Below are positions 19,645-29,359 of a DNA stretch of 64,000 nt, piece by piece. The notes below the pieces were generated by a model, which saw only the letters and a list, made by a program, of their open reading frames with translations, made no database searches and had not been told where the DNA came from. A program made the translations under genes and the position numbers. Location: the NCBI GenBank assembly GCA_002454045.1, contig DKID01000016.1, positions 30,471-94,470 of the forward strand, written 5' to 3'. The stretch is from Nitrospina sp. UBA6727. GTDB lineage: Bacteria > Nitrospinota > Nitrospinia > Nitrospinales > VA-1. Within the stretch, counting starts at the first letter, position 1. Each line of letters begins with the position of its first letter.

Positions 19645-21507
19645 TTATAATGTTTGGGCAGAAGGCAACGGCGGGTAGAGGTCAAAGTATTTCTTGAAGA
19701 TTTTTCTGGCGATAGGTCCCGCGGTCGTCCCGCCGTGACCGCCGTGTTCGACGATAATAGCCACGGCGATTACAGGTTGTTCGTAAGGCGCGAAAGCCAT
19801 GAACCATGCGTGATCCCGGTGCTTGACGGGCACGACTTCTTGCTTCTTTAATTCCTCATCGGATTCCATTCGCACAACCTGGGCGGTTCCGGTTTTTCCC
19901 GACACGATAATATTTTTCAGGCGGGATTCTTTCCCGGTTCCTTGCGCGCTATTCACCACATCGCGCAAGGCGTTTTGAACTTGCTCCAAATGATCGGGGG
20001 CCACCCCGAATTGACCGATTATTTCTGGGAAAAACTCTTGCTGTATTTGCCCGTCGGGTCCTTCGATACGCTTCACTAAATAGGGCTTCAGCAACACGCC
20101 GCCATTCGCCACGGCGGTCATTAAAATCGCCTGCTGCATTGGGGTCACCAGATTAAAACCTTGGCCAATGGATGCAGAAATCGTTTCACCCAAATGCCAC
20201 GGTTCTTTCTTGTGCAATAATTTCCACTGCGTGGTGGGAATCACTCCCTTACTCTCGTGTCCCAAACCCAGACGAGTGGCCCTGCCCAGCCCAAGATTTT
20301 TTGCATACTTTGCAATCGTGTTGATGCCTAACCGGTGTCCAATCGTATAAAAATAAACGTCGCAAGATTGCACCAGCGCGTCATGCAAATTCATAAAACC
20401 GTGTCCGGATTTTTTCCAGCACCGATACCGCCCCGCTCCCAAATTAAAATACCCGGGACAAAAGATGGATGTATCCGGTTTAATCACTCCCTCTTCAAGA
20501 CCTGCGAGTGCTGTCACGATTTTATAGGTGGAACCGGGCGGGTATTGACCGTGAATAGATTTGTTTTCCATCGGGCTCCCGTCGCCATTCACCAGAGCCT
20601 TCCAGTCTAAGGAAGAAATTCCCACCGCGAATTTGTTGGGATCAAATGATGGTTTGCTGATGATGGCGATGACCTCTCCCGTCTGCACCTTGACCACCAC
20701 GACGGAACCATTCATATCCTGCCCCGCCGCTCCGGCCATTAACTTTTCCACTTCCTCTTGTATCTTTACATCCAGAGTGAGAACCAAACTGCTCCCGCTT
20801 TTTGGCGGTAGTTTGCGTAATGTTTTAAGCTCCCTGCCGGAAACATCCACCTCGACTTCCTTGTAACCTTTCTCGCCGCGCAAAAAAGATTCATACACAT
20901 TTTCCAGACCGCTTATGCCAATGAAATCCCCTTGCCTGTAAGTTGGGTCTTTGCGGCTTTTCAACCTTGCCTTGGAGATCTCACCTAGATAGCCCAACGT
21001 GTGTGACGCTAAACTGTCGAACACATAATTTCTCACGGGCTCGGCCCAGATTCGTATTCCGGGAAAACTCATGCTGTTCTCTTCTATGAAAGCCACTTCT
21101 TCCCGAGAGATGTCGCCCTTGATTAAAACTTTCTTGAAGGATCTAGTTTCGGCTATTTTCTTTTGCAATTTTTCCCGGTCCAAGGAAATTCTTTGGGCGA
21201 GTTTGTCCAGAGAAGAACCCAGAACCGTGGCGTCTTCAGGGATTAAATATAAATTGAAAACGGGACGAATGCTGACTAAAGTCTCACCGTTCCGATCCTG
21301 GATCATCCCCCGGTTTGCGGGCAGGGGCACTATTTGCACATAGTTGTCCTCTGCCAATCCCGTCAGGTGTTGCCACTCCAAAACCTGCAAATACCAAATA
21401 CGTATCCACAGGCATAGGAAAGAAACCACGACAAGGCTAGCGAGAATCCATATCTTTCCTTTAACGGCTTCACCAGTCTCCGTTGTGCAACGAGGTAGGC
21501 TCATCAA
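19645..21507 (-). CDS. mrdA: Penicillin-binding protein 2 (elongasome transpeptidase)
   Basis: 620 aa. N-terminal anchor, PPGSTYK (SxxK), SCD, KTGTAQ. It sits immediately downstream of mreBCD. Confidence 0.93.
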   Translation of the reverse strand: MMSLPRCTTETGEAVKGKIWILASLVVVSFLCLWIRIWYLQVLEWQHLTGLAEDNYVQIVPLPANRGMIQDRNGETLVSIRPVFNLYLIPEDATVLGSSLDKLAQRISLDREKLQKKIAETRSFKKVLIKGDISREEVAFIEENSMSFPGIRIWAEPVRNYVFDSLASHTLGYLGEISKARLKSRKDPTYRQGDFIGISGLENVYESFLRGEKGYKEVEVDVSGRELKTLRKLPPKSGSSLVLTLDVKIQEEVEKLMAGAAGQDMNGSVVVVKVQTGEVIAIISKPSFDPNKFAVGISSLDWKALVNGDGSPMENKSIHGQYPPGSTYKIVTALAGLEEGVIKPDTSIFCPGYFNLGAGRYRCWKKSGHGFMNLHDALVQSCDVYFYTIGHRLGINTIAKYAKNLGLGRATRLGLGHESKGVIPTTQWKLLHKKEPWHLGETISASIGQGFNLVTPMQQAILMTAVANGGVLLKPYLVKRIEGPDGQIQQEFFPEIIGQFGVAPDHLEQVQNALRDVVNSAQGTGKESRLKNIIVSGKTGTAQVVRMESDEELKKQEVVPVKHRDHAWFMAFAPYEQPVIAVAIIVEHGGHGGTTAGPIARKIFKKYFDLYPPLPSAQTL

Positions 21508-21518
21508 TTATCTTCGCA

Positions 21519-22022
21519 TTAAGGTTGGGTATGTAATTTTAACCAGCCGTTAATTTTATCCAATGTCATGAACATAACGGGAGCGATTAATACATTGTAA
21601 ACACTGTAAACGGGCAACATCTGATACAAAAAACTGGGGGCGACTTCCCCTTTCAAGATAGTCATCGTGGAAAAATAAAATACCAGGCCATCGAAAATCG
21701 AGGCAAGCGCGAGGAATATCCCCATGGGAATCACGCCTTCAATAAAAAGTTTATTCTTGAGGGTGGAAAAAAAATAACCAATCAGCGTTTTCGAAAATGT
21801 GTTCACCCCCAGCAATCCCCCCGAAAGACTGTCCTGGGTAATTCCGATGGCAAGCCCGGGTCCGGCGCCGCCCATCCATGAATATCGGACTGCGCAATAC
21901 ACCACCCAAATCAGCGCCAGATCCGGGGTAACACCGTTGAAGGAAAAAAGTTTCAGCCAAGTGGTCTGAGCGGAAAGCAAAAAAACCACAATGAGCGCCT
22001 GCACAAAATAATACATAAACAA
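21519..22022 (-). CDS. mreD: Rod shape-determining protein MreD
   Basis: 167 aa polytopic membrane protein located between mreC and mrdA. Confidence 0.85.
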   Translation of the reverse strand: MFMYYFVQALIVVFLLSAQTTWLKLFSFNGVTPDLALIWVVYCAVRYSWMGGAGPGLAIGITQDSLSGGLLGVNTFSKTLIGYFFSTLKNKLFIEGVIPMGIFLALASIFDGLVFYFSTMTILKGEVAPSFLYQMLPVYSVYNVLIAPVMFMTLDKINGWLKLHTQP

Positions 22023-22024
22023 AC

Positions 22025-22840
22025 CTAAGACAGCAGAACTAGAACTTCTTCCAGTCTCGACAAATCTGAACTGGGAACCAAAGTAACGTCTTGAAACAAA
22101 CTTTGTTTCTTCACGGAAACCTGTGACACTTTCCCGATGATTAAACCTTTTGGGAAAACTCCACCCAGCCCCGAGGAAAGCACGTAGTCTCCCACCTTGA
22201 CATTTGCGGTATTGGGAACAAACTTTAATTCACACTCGTCCCCGCCCACTCCCACAACAACTCCCGACACGCGGCTTCCCTGAAACAAAGCATCCACCGC
22301 GCTGCGACTATCAATGATCAAAAGAACTTTAGAGGTGCTGGGGCCGGCGTGAATTATCTTCCCGATTACTCCAGAAGCGGTGACCACGGCAAGGTAGTTC
22401 CGTATTCCGTCCCGCGTTCCCTTGTCGATAACCACCATCTTCGACCATTGAGTGGCGTCCCTGCCGATGACGGAGGCCGACACGGTTTCGCGCCGCAAGT
22501 CATCTTCGTAAGCCATGAGTTTGGAGAGGCGTTTTCTTCTGGCGAGACGCTCAACGAGTTTGCTTTTTTCGCTGATGAGCCGCTGCACTTCAAACTGCAG
22601 TCGGTCATTTTCCCGAGCGACATCGGCGAGGGAAAAATAATGATTGATGCCGTCGGAAGCAGACTGGATGGTTTGGGTAAAAAAATTCTGGAATGGGGAA
22701 AAAACGGTGCCCGCTATAGAATCCAAAAAATGGATGCCTTTTTCCTGTTTGACGCTTAAGGTCATCATGACCAAGGAAGCCAGCAAAGCGGTGGAAAGAA
22801 AAATAATATTTTTTCTGCTTGTGAATCTCCTTCGCGACAT
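22025..22840 (-). CDS. mreC: Rod shape-determining protein MreC
   Basis: Coiled-coil region plus the beta-barrel motif VVTASGVIGKI...GLGGVFPKGLIIGKV. The ATG at 22840 lies 1 nt after the mreB stop. The ORF-track start at 22927 overlaps mreB. Confidence 0.9.
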   Translation of the reverse strand: MSRRRFTSRKNIIFLSTALLASLVMMTLSVKQEKGIHFLDSIAGTVFSPFQNFFTQTIQSASDGINHYFSLADVARENDRLQFEVQRLISEKSKLVERLARRKRLSKLMAYEDDLRRETVSASVIGRDATQWSKMVVIDKGTRDGIRNYLAVVTASGVIGKIIHAGPSTSKVLLIIDSRSAVDALFQGSRVSGVVVGVGGDECELKFVPNTANVKVGDYVLSSGLGGVFPKGLIIGKVSQVSVKKQSLFQDVTLVPSSDLSRLEEVLVLLS

Positions 22841-22841
22841 G

Positions 22842-23864
22842 TCAGAAAACAATCTTCTCCAGCAGTTCAGGATCGCCCAATGCTTTCCCTCCACCCAAAG
22901 CAACTGCGGAAAGAGGATCAACGGCAATGGTTACGGGCAGACCACTTTCTTTTTTTAATAGAGTATCAAATCCTCTAATCAGCGAACCGCCGCCGGTCAC
23001 CACCACGCCCCTGCCCACAATATCCGCCGCAAGTTCGGGAGGTGTAAGTTCCAAAGTAGTCTTCACTGCTTCGATGATGACTGCAAAGATTTCGGCCATA
23101 GCTTCCCGGACTTCTGTGCCCGAGATGGATATGGTTTTAGGAACCCCCGCAACCATGTCTCTACCCCTGACTTCCGCGGTCATCTCTTCTCCCATGGGAT
23201 AGGCAGAGCCAATTTGAGTTTTCACTTCTTCGGCAGTCCGCTCACCGATCAAAAGATTATATTTCTTCTTGACATAGTTAGCGATGGCTTCGTTCATTTC
23301 ATCTCCGGCGACGCGAATTGATTTGCTGAATACAACTCCGGACAAGGAAATAATCGCCACCTCCGTCGTCCCGCCGCCGATATCGACGATCATATTTCCA
23401 ACAGGTTCCTGTACGGGGAGATCTACTCCAATGGCGGCCGCCATCGGTTCCTCAATCAAAAACACCTTGCGTGCACCAGCCGCTTCTACGGAATCTCTTA
23501 CCGCCTGTTTTTCCACCGGGGTAATTCCAGAAGGAACAGCAACGACAACCCGCGGCCGCACCAATGTCCTGCGATTATCATGAGCCTTGCGGATAAAATG
23601 GTTGATCATTCTTTCCGTAAGTTCAAAATTGGCGATCACGCCATCCCTCATCGGACGAATCGCATTGATGGTATCGGGTGAGCGACCCAGCATTTGTCTG
23701 GCTTGTTCGCCGACGGCCTGCACTTCGTTGGTGCTAGTGTTCACCGCCACCACCGAGGGTTCGCGCAGAACAATTCCCTGACCGTCCACATACACCAGAG
23801 TATTCGCCGTCCCCAAATCAATCGCCAAATCATCGGCGAACAAACTCCATAAACGATTAAACAC
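22842..23864 (-). CDS. mreB: Rod shape-determining actin homologue MreB
   Basis: DLAIDLGTANTLVY, VAVPSGITPVE, IVDIGGGTTEVA, VVTGGGSLIRG. Confidence 0.97.
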   Translation of the reverse strand: MFNRLWSLFADDLAIDLGTANTLVYVDGQGIVLREPSVVAVNTSTNEVQAVGEQARQMLGRSPDTINAIRPMRDGVIANFELTERMINHFIRKAHDNRRTLVRPRVVVAVPSGITPVEKQAVRDSVEAAGARKVFLIEEPMAAAIGVDLPVQEPVGNMIVDIGGGTTEVAIISLSGVVFSKSIRVAGDEMNEAIANYVKKKYNLLIGERTAEEVKTQIGSAYPMGEEMTAEVRGRDMVAGVPKTISISGTEVREAMAEIFAVIIEAVKTTLELTPPELAADIVGRGVVVTGGGSLIRGFDTLLKKESGLPVTIAVDPLSAVALGGGKALGDPELLEKIVF

Positions 23865-23975
23865 CTATCACCCCATGTGTGGATTTCAAAAAGATTACCG
23901 GACTATTCATTCCTCCGCGGCGCACACTTATACCAAAAAGGACGCTTGCGATGCAAGATAAATCCCGGCACGCAA

Positions 23976-24052
23976 CCGTCATCCCGCCGCGGCAAAACCA
24001 CACCGCCACGAAAAAGCAGACGCGCCGTCACCGTCATCGCGCCGCACAAGCT
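23976..24052 (-). repeat. G+C-rich word repeat in the mreB/ppiD divergent spacer (minus-strand orientation)
   Basis: The reverse complement reads gcggcgcgatgacggtgacggcgcg ... gccgcggcgggatgacgg. Confidence 0.55.
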
Positions 24053-24140
24053 TCGTCGCACTCATCATAATGGCTTGCGATTCGTTTGCGCATTTTATAA
24101 TATGAACGCCTTCTTTCAACCGGAACCAAGAGAAATATCT

Positions 24141-26072
24141 ATGTTGAGCGCAATTCGAGAACAGGCGGATTCATGGTTGATCAAAACCATCCTGTGGATG
24201 ATCATCATCGCTTTCGTGGGAACCATTTTCTATTCATGGGGAATGGGTGGCGCCACGGGCTTCAGCGGCGAGACCGTGGCAACTGTGGAAGGGGAAAAAA
24301 TCTACCAGCGGGAATATGAACGCGTTTTCAATAATCTGGTGAATTCTTATCGGCAACGATTCAGGAACCAGTTCACGAACGAGATGATCAAAAAATTCAA
24401 CTTGAAAACCCAGGCCATTGAAGCTCTGGTCCAAAAAAAATTGTTGCTGCTGGAAGCCGGGAAACAAAATTTGAAAATCAGCGACGCGGAACTGGTTTCC
24501 CATATCAGAAGTTTACCGGCATTCCAAAACGATGAAAAGTTCAGCAAGGAGTACTACGATCGCTACCTTCAGTCGCAACGAATTTCTCCCCGCGATTTTG
24601 AAGACGACCGACGGCAAGCTCTAACTTTAGACAAGTTGGAGAAACTGTTTCGCGCCGGTTCCAAAGTTTCACAAAGTGAAATCCGTGAAGTCTTCACCAA
24701 CGAAGAAGAAAAAGCCAAACTAGACTACGTGCGGTTTAACAGCGACCACTTCCCAAGCGAAAAAAGTTTTACCGATCAGGAACTCAACGATTTTTTTCAA
24801 GCCAACAAAAAACAGTTTGAGATACCGTCGCAAGTCAAAGTTGAATATGTAAAATTAGCAGCCAAAAACTATCTCGCGCAAATCGAACCACGGGATGAAG
24901 ATATCGAGGACTATTACCAAACCAAGGTCGCCGATTTTCGCGTTGAAAAAAGTTACCGCGCAAGTCATATACTCATCCATATAAAATCATCAGAAATTAA
25001 GGGGGATGCTTCTCCCGAAGAAAAACAGAAACAAGCCGAGGATAAAGCAAAAGTCCGCGCCGCAGAACTTCAGGAAAAAATTAAAGCGGGTGCTGACTTC
25101 GAGGAAATTGCAAAAAAACATTCCGATGACCCCGGCTCGGGAGCCAAGGGCGGCAGTCTGGGAAAGTTTCCCAAAGGAACCATGACCCCCGCCTTCGAGA
25201 CCGCTCTCGACAAGTTGGAAGTCGATGAAATCAGCGAGCCCGTTTTAACTCCCTTCGGCTACCACATCATCAGATTGGAAGGCCGAGACGAAGCGCACAT
25301 TAAACCACTGGACGCAGTCCGTGAAGAAGTCATTCAATCTTTGAAGGAGATCAAGGCGCGACAAAGGGTCAGAAGAACCGCGAAACATATTTATCAGGAA
25401 GCAGAGAAAGACGGCAACTTGAAATCAGCCGCCGAGAAGAATCAAGTTCAGATAATCGTCACCGATTTTTTCTCCAAAGAAAAGCGCGACCTTGCGGAAG
25501 TCGGCAACCAGCCACAATTCTACACCACAGCTTTCAGCATGGAAGAAAACAAAGTCAGCCAGCCGATACATACCCCCGAAGCGTCTTTCATCCTAAAAGT
25601 CACGGACAATAAACAAGCCTATATTCCAGAGTTGGAAGAAGTCAAAAAAACCGTCGCGACGGCGCTGACCGAACAGACCAACCACGAACATGCGTCGTTG
25701 AAGTTTAAGGAACTGGAACAAAAACTTTCGCAGGAAAAGGACTTGGAAAAAATTATTCAGGGACTGGACTTGAGCGTCCAGCATACTCCGTTCTTCAGCA
25801 GGGCGGACTCCATTCCAGGAATCGGGAACATCAAAGAAATTAAGGAAAAAACTTTCGTGATGAATGTGGGAGATACTTCCGCCGCGAAAGTGAAAAACCG
25901 TTTCTACCTGTTTAAGTTGGTGGAAAAAGAAGCGGCGGGGGAACCCGACGAAGAGCAGGTCCAAAAAATTATCCAACGACTCAAGCGGGAAAAAAGTACG
26001 CAAATGTTTCAAGAGTGGGTGGAAAACTTGAAGACCCGGGCAGAAATTGTGATCGACGAAAACTTGATATAA
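24141..26072 (+). CDS. PpiD-like periplasmic chaperone / parvulin-type peptidyl-prolyl isomerase with an N-terminal anchor
   Basis: MLSAIREQADSWLIKTILWMIIIAFVGTIF (anchor) and a parvulin core ASHILI...GGSLGKFPKGTMTPAFE...GYHIIRLE. The ORF-track start at 23877 adds 88 residues translated from repeat DNA. The ATG is at 24141. Confidence 0.88.
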   Translation: MLSAIREQADSWLIKTILWMIIIAFVGTIFYSWGMGGATGFSGETVATVEGEKIYQREYERVFNNLVNSYRQRFRNQFTNEMIKKFNLKTQAIEALVQKKLLLLEAGKQNLKISDAELVSHIRSLPAFQNDEKFSKEYYDRYLQSQRISPRDFEDDRRQALTLDKLEKLFRAGSKVSQSEIREVFTNEEEKAKLDYVRFNSDHFPSEKSFTDQELNDFFQANKKQFEIPSQVKVEYVKLAAKNYLAQIEPRDEDIEDYYQTKVADFRVEKSYRASHILIHIKSSEIKGDASPEEKQKQAEDKAKVRAAELQEKIKAGADFEEIAKKHSDDPGSGAKGGSLGKFPKGTMTPAFETALDKLEVDEISEPVLTPFGYHIIRLEGRDEAHIKPLDAVREEVIQSLKEIKARQRVRRTAKHIYQEAEKDGNLKSAAEKNQVQIIVTDFFSKEKRDLAEVGNQPQFYTTAFSMEENKVSQPIHTPEASFILKVTDNKQAYIPELEEVKKTVATALTEQTNHEHASLKFKELEQKLSQEKDLEKIIQGLDLSVQHTPFFSRADSIPGIGNIKEIKEKTFVMNVGDTSAAKVKNRFYLFKLVEKEAAGEPDEEQVQKIIQRLKREKSTQMFQEWVENLKTRAEIVIDENLI

Positions 26073-26079
26073 ACTTCGG

Positions 26080-27438
26080 CTACATCGTCTTCTTATACAG
26101 CCGATGAATTGCCGTGATTTTATTTACCAACGATTCGATGTCTTCAGCAATAACCCGAATCATCTCCTCCTTGCGCATCCCACCTAAATCATAAATAACG
26201 TCCGGCACCGACCCGTAGTCCGCAAGCGCTTTCGCGGTTCCCCATTCCAGAGACGACCCCTCCCGCGCCCTTATATTCCCTGGCTCATCCGCCCTGTCGA
26301 AGGAAGCAATCTTGAACCGGAGGCGTCGGCATACACTCAGCAACTCGTCCGTATATTTGATGTTCATGACGGCGCGTTTTTGTGGGTCACGGCGCATGAC
26401 CGTCAAAATAATATTGGCGACATGACGGGAACCGCCAAACTCAGGCTCGGCGCCGGTGAAAATGTCTTCCCCATTTTTGACGATGCGCCCAGGAATGGCG
26501 AGAACATCCCGATGACTTTTTGCGTTGCGTAGCGCCAGGCCGATGTTGGTTTGCACCTCGGGAATCAATCGCCCGATTCTTTCTTCGCGGAATATCTGAA
26601 TCGCGCGTTTCATTTCCTTTATCGACTGCGCTTGCTCCCTTCCCCGATGGAGCGCGGACAATGGCTCAACGCTCGCCCTGCCGCGTCCTGAAATCACTTG
26701 CCCAAGAATTGCCGCGCCGATAAACTCCTTCGCCATTTTTACCGCCGGCAAAGTCCGCAAGCCTAAAGCCAAGCCGGCAGTAATCGCCGATGAAAAAACG
26801 CAGCCGGTTCCATGAGGGTTTAATTTCGACAGCCGGTCTGAACTCAAAATCTCCATCACCGTGTCGTCCAAAAATAAATCCTCAGGTTTTCCTCGCAAGT
26901 GTCCTCCCGTCAGCACCACCGCCTGCACTCCGGTTTTAAGGATGTTGCGGGCGGCGCGCTTCCTGTCCGCGGGCCGACGAATTTTTATTCCGGACAAAAT
27001 TTCTGCTTCCTTGATATTTGGTGTCACGAGATGCGCTAACGGAAACAGGTTTTTCTTCATCGTCTCAACCCCGGATGGGGTAAGCAACTTTTTGCCGGAG
27101 GTGGAAAAAATAACGGGATCAACAACCAGTTTTTTAACTCGATAACGTTTAAGCAGAGCGGCGACTCGCGCGACAATTTGTTCGTTGCCTAACATACCCG
27201 TTTTCACCGTCGGGCGGTTATCATCTTCAAGAATTGATTTGAGTTGGCTTTCCACGACGTCGGCTGGCAAATCGTCCACCGCCTGGACTCCCGCGGTATT
27301 CTGGGATGTAATGGAGGTGATCACTGTTTTCCCGAACACACCGAGGGCGGAAAATGTTTTTAGGTCGGCTTGAATGCCGGCACCGCCACCGGAATCCGAC
27401 CCGGCAATCGTTAAGGCTATAGCGGTTCTTTCAGACAT
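26080..27438 (-). CDS. thiDN: Bifunctional ThiD (hydroxymethylpyrimidine/phosphomethylpyrimidine kinase) fused to a ThiN-type thiamine-phosphate synthase domain
   Basis: The N-terminal ~265 aa are TIAGSDSGGGAGIQADLKTF...GTGCVFSSAI. The C-terminal ~180 aa carry LIPEVQTNIGLAL...AIPGRIV...GGSRHVA, characteristic of the ThiN domain. Confidence 0.8.
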   Translation of the reverse strand: MSERTAIALTIAGSDSGGGAGIQADLKTFSALGVFGKTVITSITSQNTAGVQAVDDLPADVVESQLKSILEDDNRPTVKTGMLGNEQIVARVAALLKRYRVKKLVVDPVIFSTSGKKLLTPSGVETMKKNLFPLAHLVTPNIKEAEILSGIKIRRPADRKRAARNILKTGVQAVVLTGGHLRGKPEDLFLDDTVMEILSSDRLSKLNPHGTGCVFSSAITAGLALGLRTLPAVKMAKEFIGAAILGQVISGRGRASVEPLSALHRGREQAQSIKEMKRAIQIFREERIGRLIPEVQTNIGLALRNAKSHRDVLAIPGRIVKNGEDIFTGAEPEFGGSRHVANIILTVMRRDPQKRAVMNIKYTDELLSVCRRLRFKIASFDRADEPGNIRAREGSSLEWGTAKALADYGSVPDVIYDLGGMRKEEMIRVIAEDIESLVNKITAIHRLYKKTM

Positions 27439-27523
27439 AAATAAATTTCGTCAGAGTAAAAAACGGGAAAGGTTTAATGTAACAAGCCGTCTCAAAACTT
27501 GGCAATGACATTGTGGAAATTCT

Positions 27524-29344
27524 TCAGGCGACGGTGACGGATTTTGCGAGCGACCGGGGTTTGTCGATATCACACTTCAGGGAGGTGGCAGTGAAATATG
27601 CGAACAACTGGCCGGTGACCAAATGGATAAGGGGCGCCGTCAAGGGAGGCATGCTGGGCAGGATAAGTTCTTCGCTGTATAAATCCTGGTTTTTCCGCGG
27701 CGGAGTGAAATGGATTCCTAAAACAAAACCCGACCGGGCACGAATTTCTTCTATGCTATGTAGCGTGGCTTCATAAAGTACTTTGTCTTCAGGCGGCGGA
27801 ACAAACACGATGGAAAAAACATCGTCGTCAATCATAGCCAGTGTTCCGTGTTTTAAAAATCCGCTGGACATTCCTTCCGCGTGAATATAAGCGACCTCTT
27901 TCATTTTCAAAGCTGTCTCCAACGCAATGGGATAATAAACTCCCCGCCCTAAATAAAGCCAGTTGCGGTTCCCGGAATACCTGCTGGCGAGACGATGAAT
28001 GAAGCCGGAGCGCTCGTTCAAAATTCCCTGGATGATCGCGGGAAGATCGCGCAACGCCCGCAGATGTAAGTTATAAGTTTTGCGCGTGATTATCTTTTTC
28101 TTCAAGGCGAATTTCATCGCCAACAAAGTGAGTATCACCATTTGCGATAACGCCGTCTTGGTACTAATCACGCAGATTTCTGGTCCCGATCTTTGGAGAA
28201 CCACTTTGTCAACCAACCGAGCGATGGAAGAGCCCATGACGTTGACGATCGCCACTGTCCGGGCGCCCCTGGACTTCACATGCTTCAACGCCGACAAAGT
28301 ATCAAAAGTCTCACCGGATTGTGAGATGGCAAAAACCAGGGACTGTTTCTTCACATTCGCCAACACCATGAACTCGTCGGAACTGATTGACGGAAAAAAT
28401 TCTTGCGCCAACCGTGAAAAAATATATTTGGCATATTTCGCGACATAGAAACTGGTCCCCACGCCGAGAAAATAAGTGTTCCGGGATTTTGCGAACCAAT
28501 CAACAATCTCATCGAGTTCTGATGTTTCCATGTCCAACGCATTGGAAATTGTTTGCGGTTGCTCGTAAATTTCCTTGAGCATGTAATGAGGATAGCCCTC
28601 TTTTTTGGAAGTCTCGCTGTCCCACTCAATTTTGGTTATGGGTTTCGTAACTTCCTCCTTACTCAAAATATTTTTCACGACATAAGTGTCGCGGGACAAA
28701 ATGGCGTATTCTCCGTCGTCCAGAATCACGGCGTTTTTGGTGTGGTCGATGAAGGCGTTGAAATCGGAACCAACGAATTTAATCTCGTCGCCAATTCCCA
28801 GCATCAGGGGTGATTCTCTTTTGGCGCAGAAAATCTGTTCGGGAAGGTGGGAGGAAATAAACGCCAACGCAAAGGTTCCTTCAATGAGGCTCAGCATTTT
28901 CACAAAAGCTTGCTCAACATTCTGGCTACGCTTAAAAAATTTTTCCAGAAGGTGCGCGAGAATTTCGGTATCGGTTTCGGAAAAAAACTTGAAACCTTCC
29001 TTTTGCAACTGGTCTTTCAAGGGACGGTAATTGGAAATAATCCCATTGTGTACCAACGCAAAATTTCCGTCGCGGGAAGTGAAAGGGTGTGTATTATTCT
29101 GCGTTACTTTTCCGTGCGTCGCCCAACGGGTATGGGCGATTCCTATCTTGCTTTTCAGTTGGAGGATATTGTGTTTGCGATAAAACTCTTCCACACCGCC
29201 GACATCTTTTTTGATGATGAGGCGGGTTTTGTTCATCAAGGCAACGCCGCAGGAATCATAGCCTCTGTATTCCAGATTTCTGACTCCTTCGAAAAGAAGA
29301 TTGGATATGCTTTTTAATCCGACGACGCCGCTGATTCCGCACAT
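27524..29344 (-). CDS. glmS: Glutamine--fructose-6-phosphate aminotransferase
   Basis: MCGISGVVG (Cys-2 nucleophile), two SIS domains, and the C-terminus LAKSVTVA. Confidence 0.97.
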   Translation of the reverse strand: MCGISGVVGLKSISNLLFEGVRNLEYRGYDSCGVALMNKTRLIIKKDVGGVEEFYRKHNILQLKSKIGIAHTRWATHGKVTQNNTHPFTSRDGNFALVHNGIISNYRPLKDQLQKEGFKFFSETDTEILAHLLEKFFKRSQNVEQAFVKMLSLIEGTFALAFISSHLPEQIFCAKRESPLMLGIGDEIKFVGSDFNAFIDHTKNAVILDDGEYAILSRDTYVVKNILSKEEVTKPITKIEWDSETSKKEGYPHYMLKEIYEQPQTISNALDMETSELDEIVDWFAKSRNTYFLGVGTSFYVAKYAKYIFSRLAQEFFPSISSDEFMVLANVKKQSLVFAISQSGETFDTLSALKHVKSRGARTVAIVNVMGSSIARLVDKVVLQRSGPEICVISTKTALSQMVILTLLAMKFALKKKIITRKTYNLHLRALRDLPAIIQGILNERSGFIHRLASRYSGNRNWLYLGRGVYYPIALETALKMKEVAYIHAEGMSSGFLKHGTLAMIDDDVFSIVFVPPPEDKVLYEATLHSIEEIRARSGFVLGIHFTPPRKNQDLYSEELILPSMPPLTAPLIHLVTGQLFAYFTATSLKCDIDKPRSLAKSVTVA

Positions 29345-29359
29345 ATTCGTTTCGACCTG

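Noticed and set aside
23877-24140. 88-residue N-terminal extension of the ppiD-like ORF
   Set aside because: It is translated from the G+C-rich repeat and promoter region (Arg/Pro/Thr-rich). The membrane anchor and homology begin at ATG 24141.
27439-27523. TPP riboswitch upstream of thiDN
   Set aside because: Only 85 nt are available, and I see no CUGAGA / ACCUGAUCUGGAUAAUGCCAGC-type core elements on the minus strand.
29345-29359. glmS ribozyme upstream of glmS
   Set aside because: The gap is only 15 nt. glmS is evidently co-transcribed with the upstream glmU-like gene.
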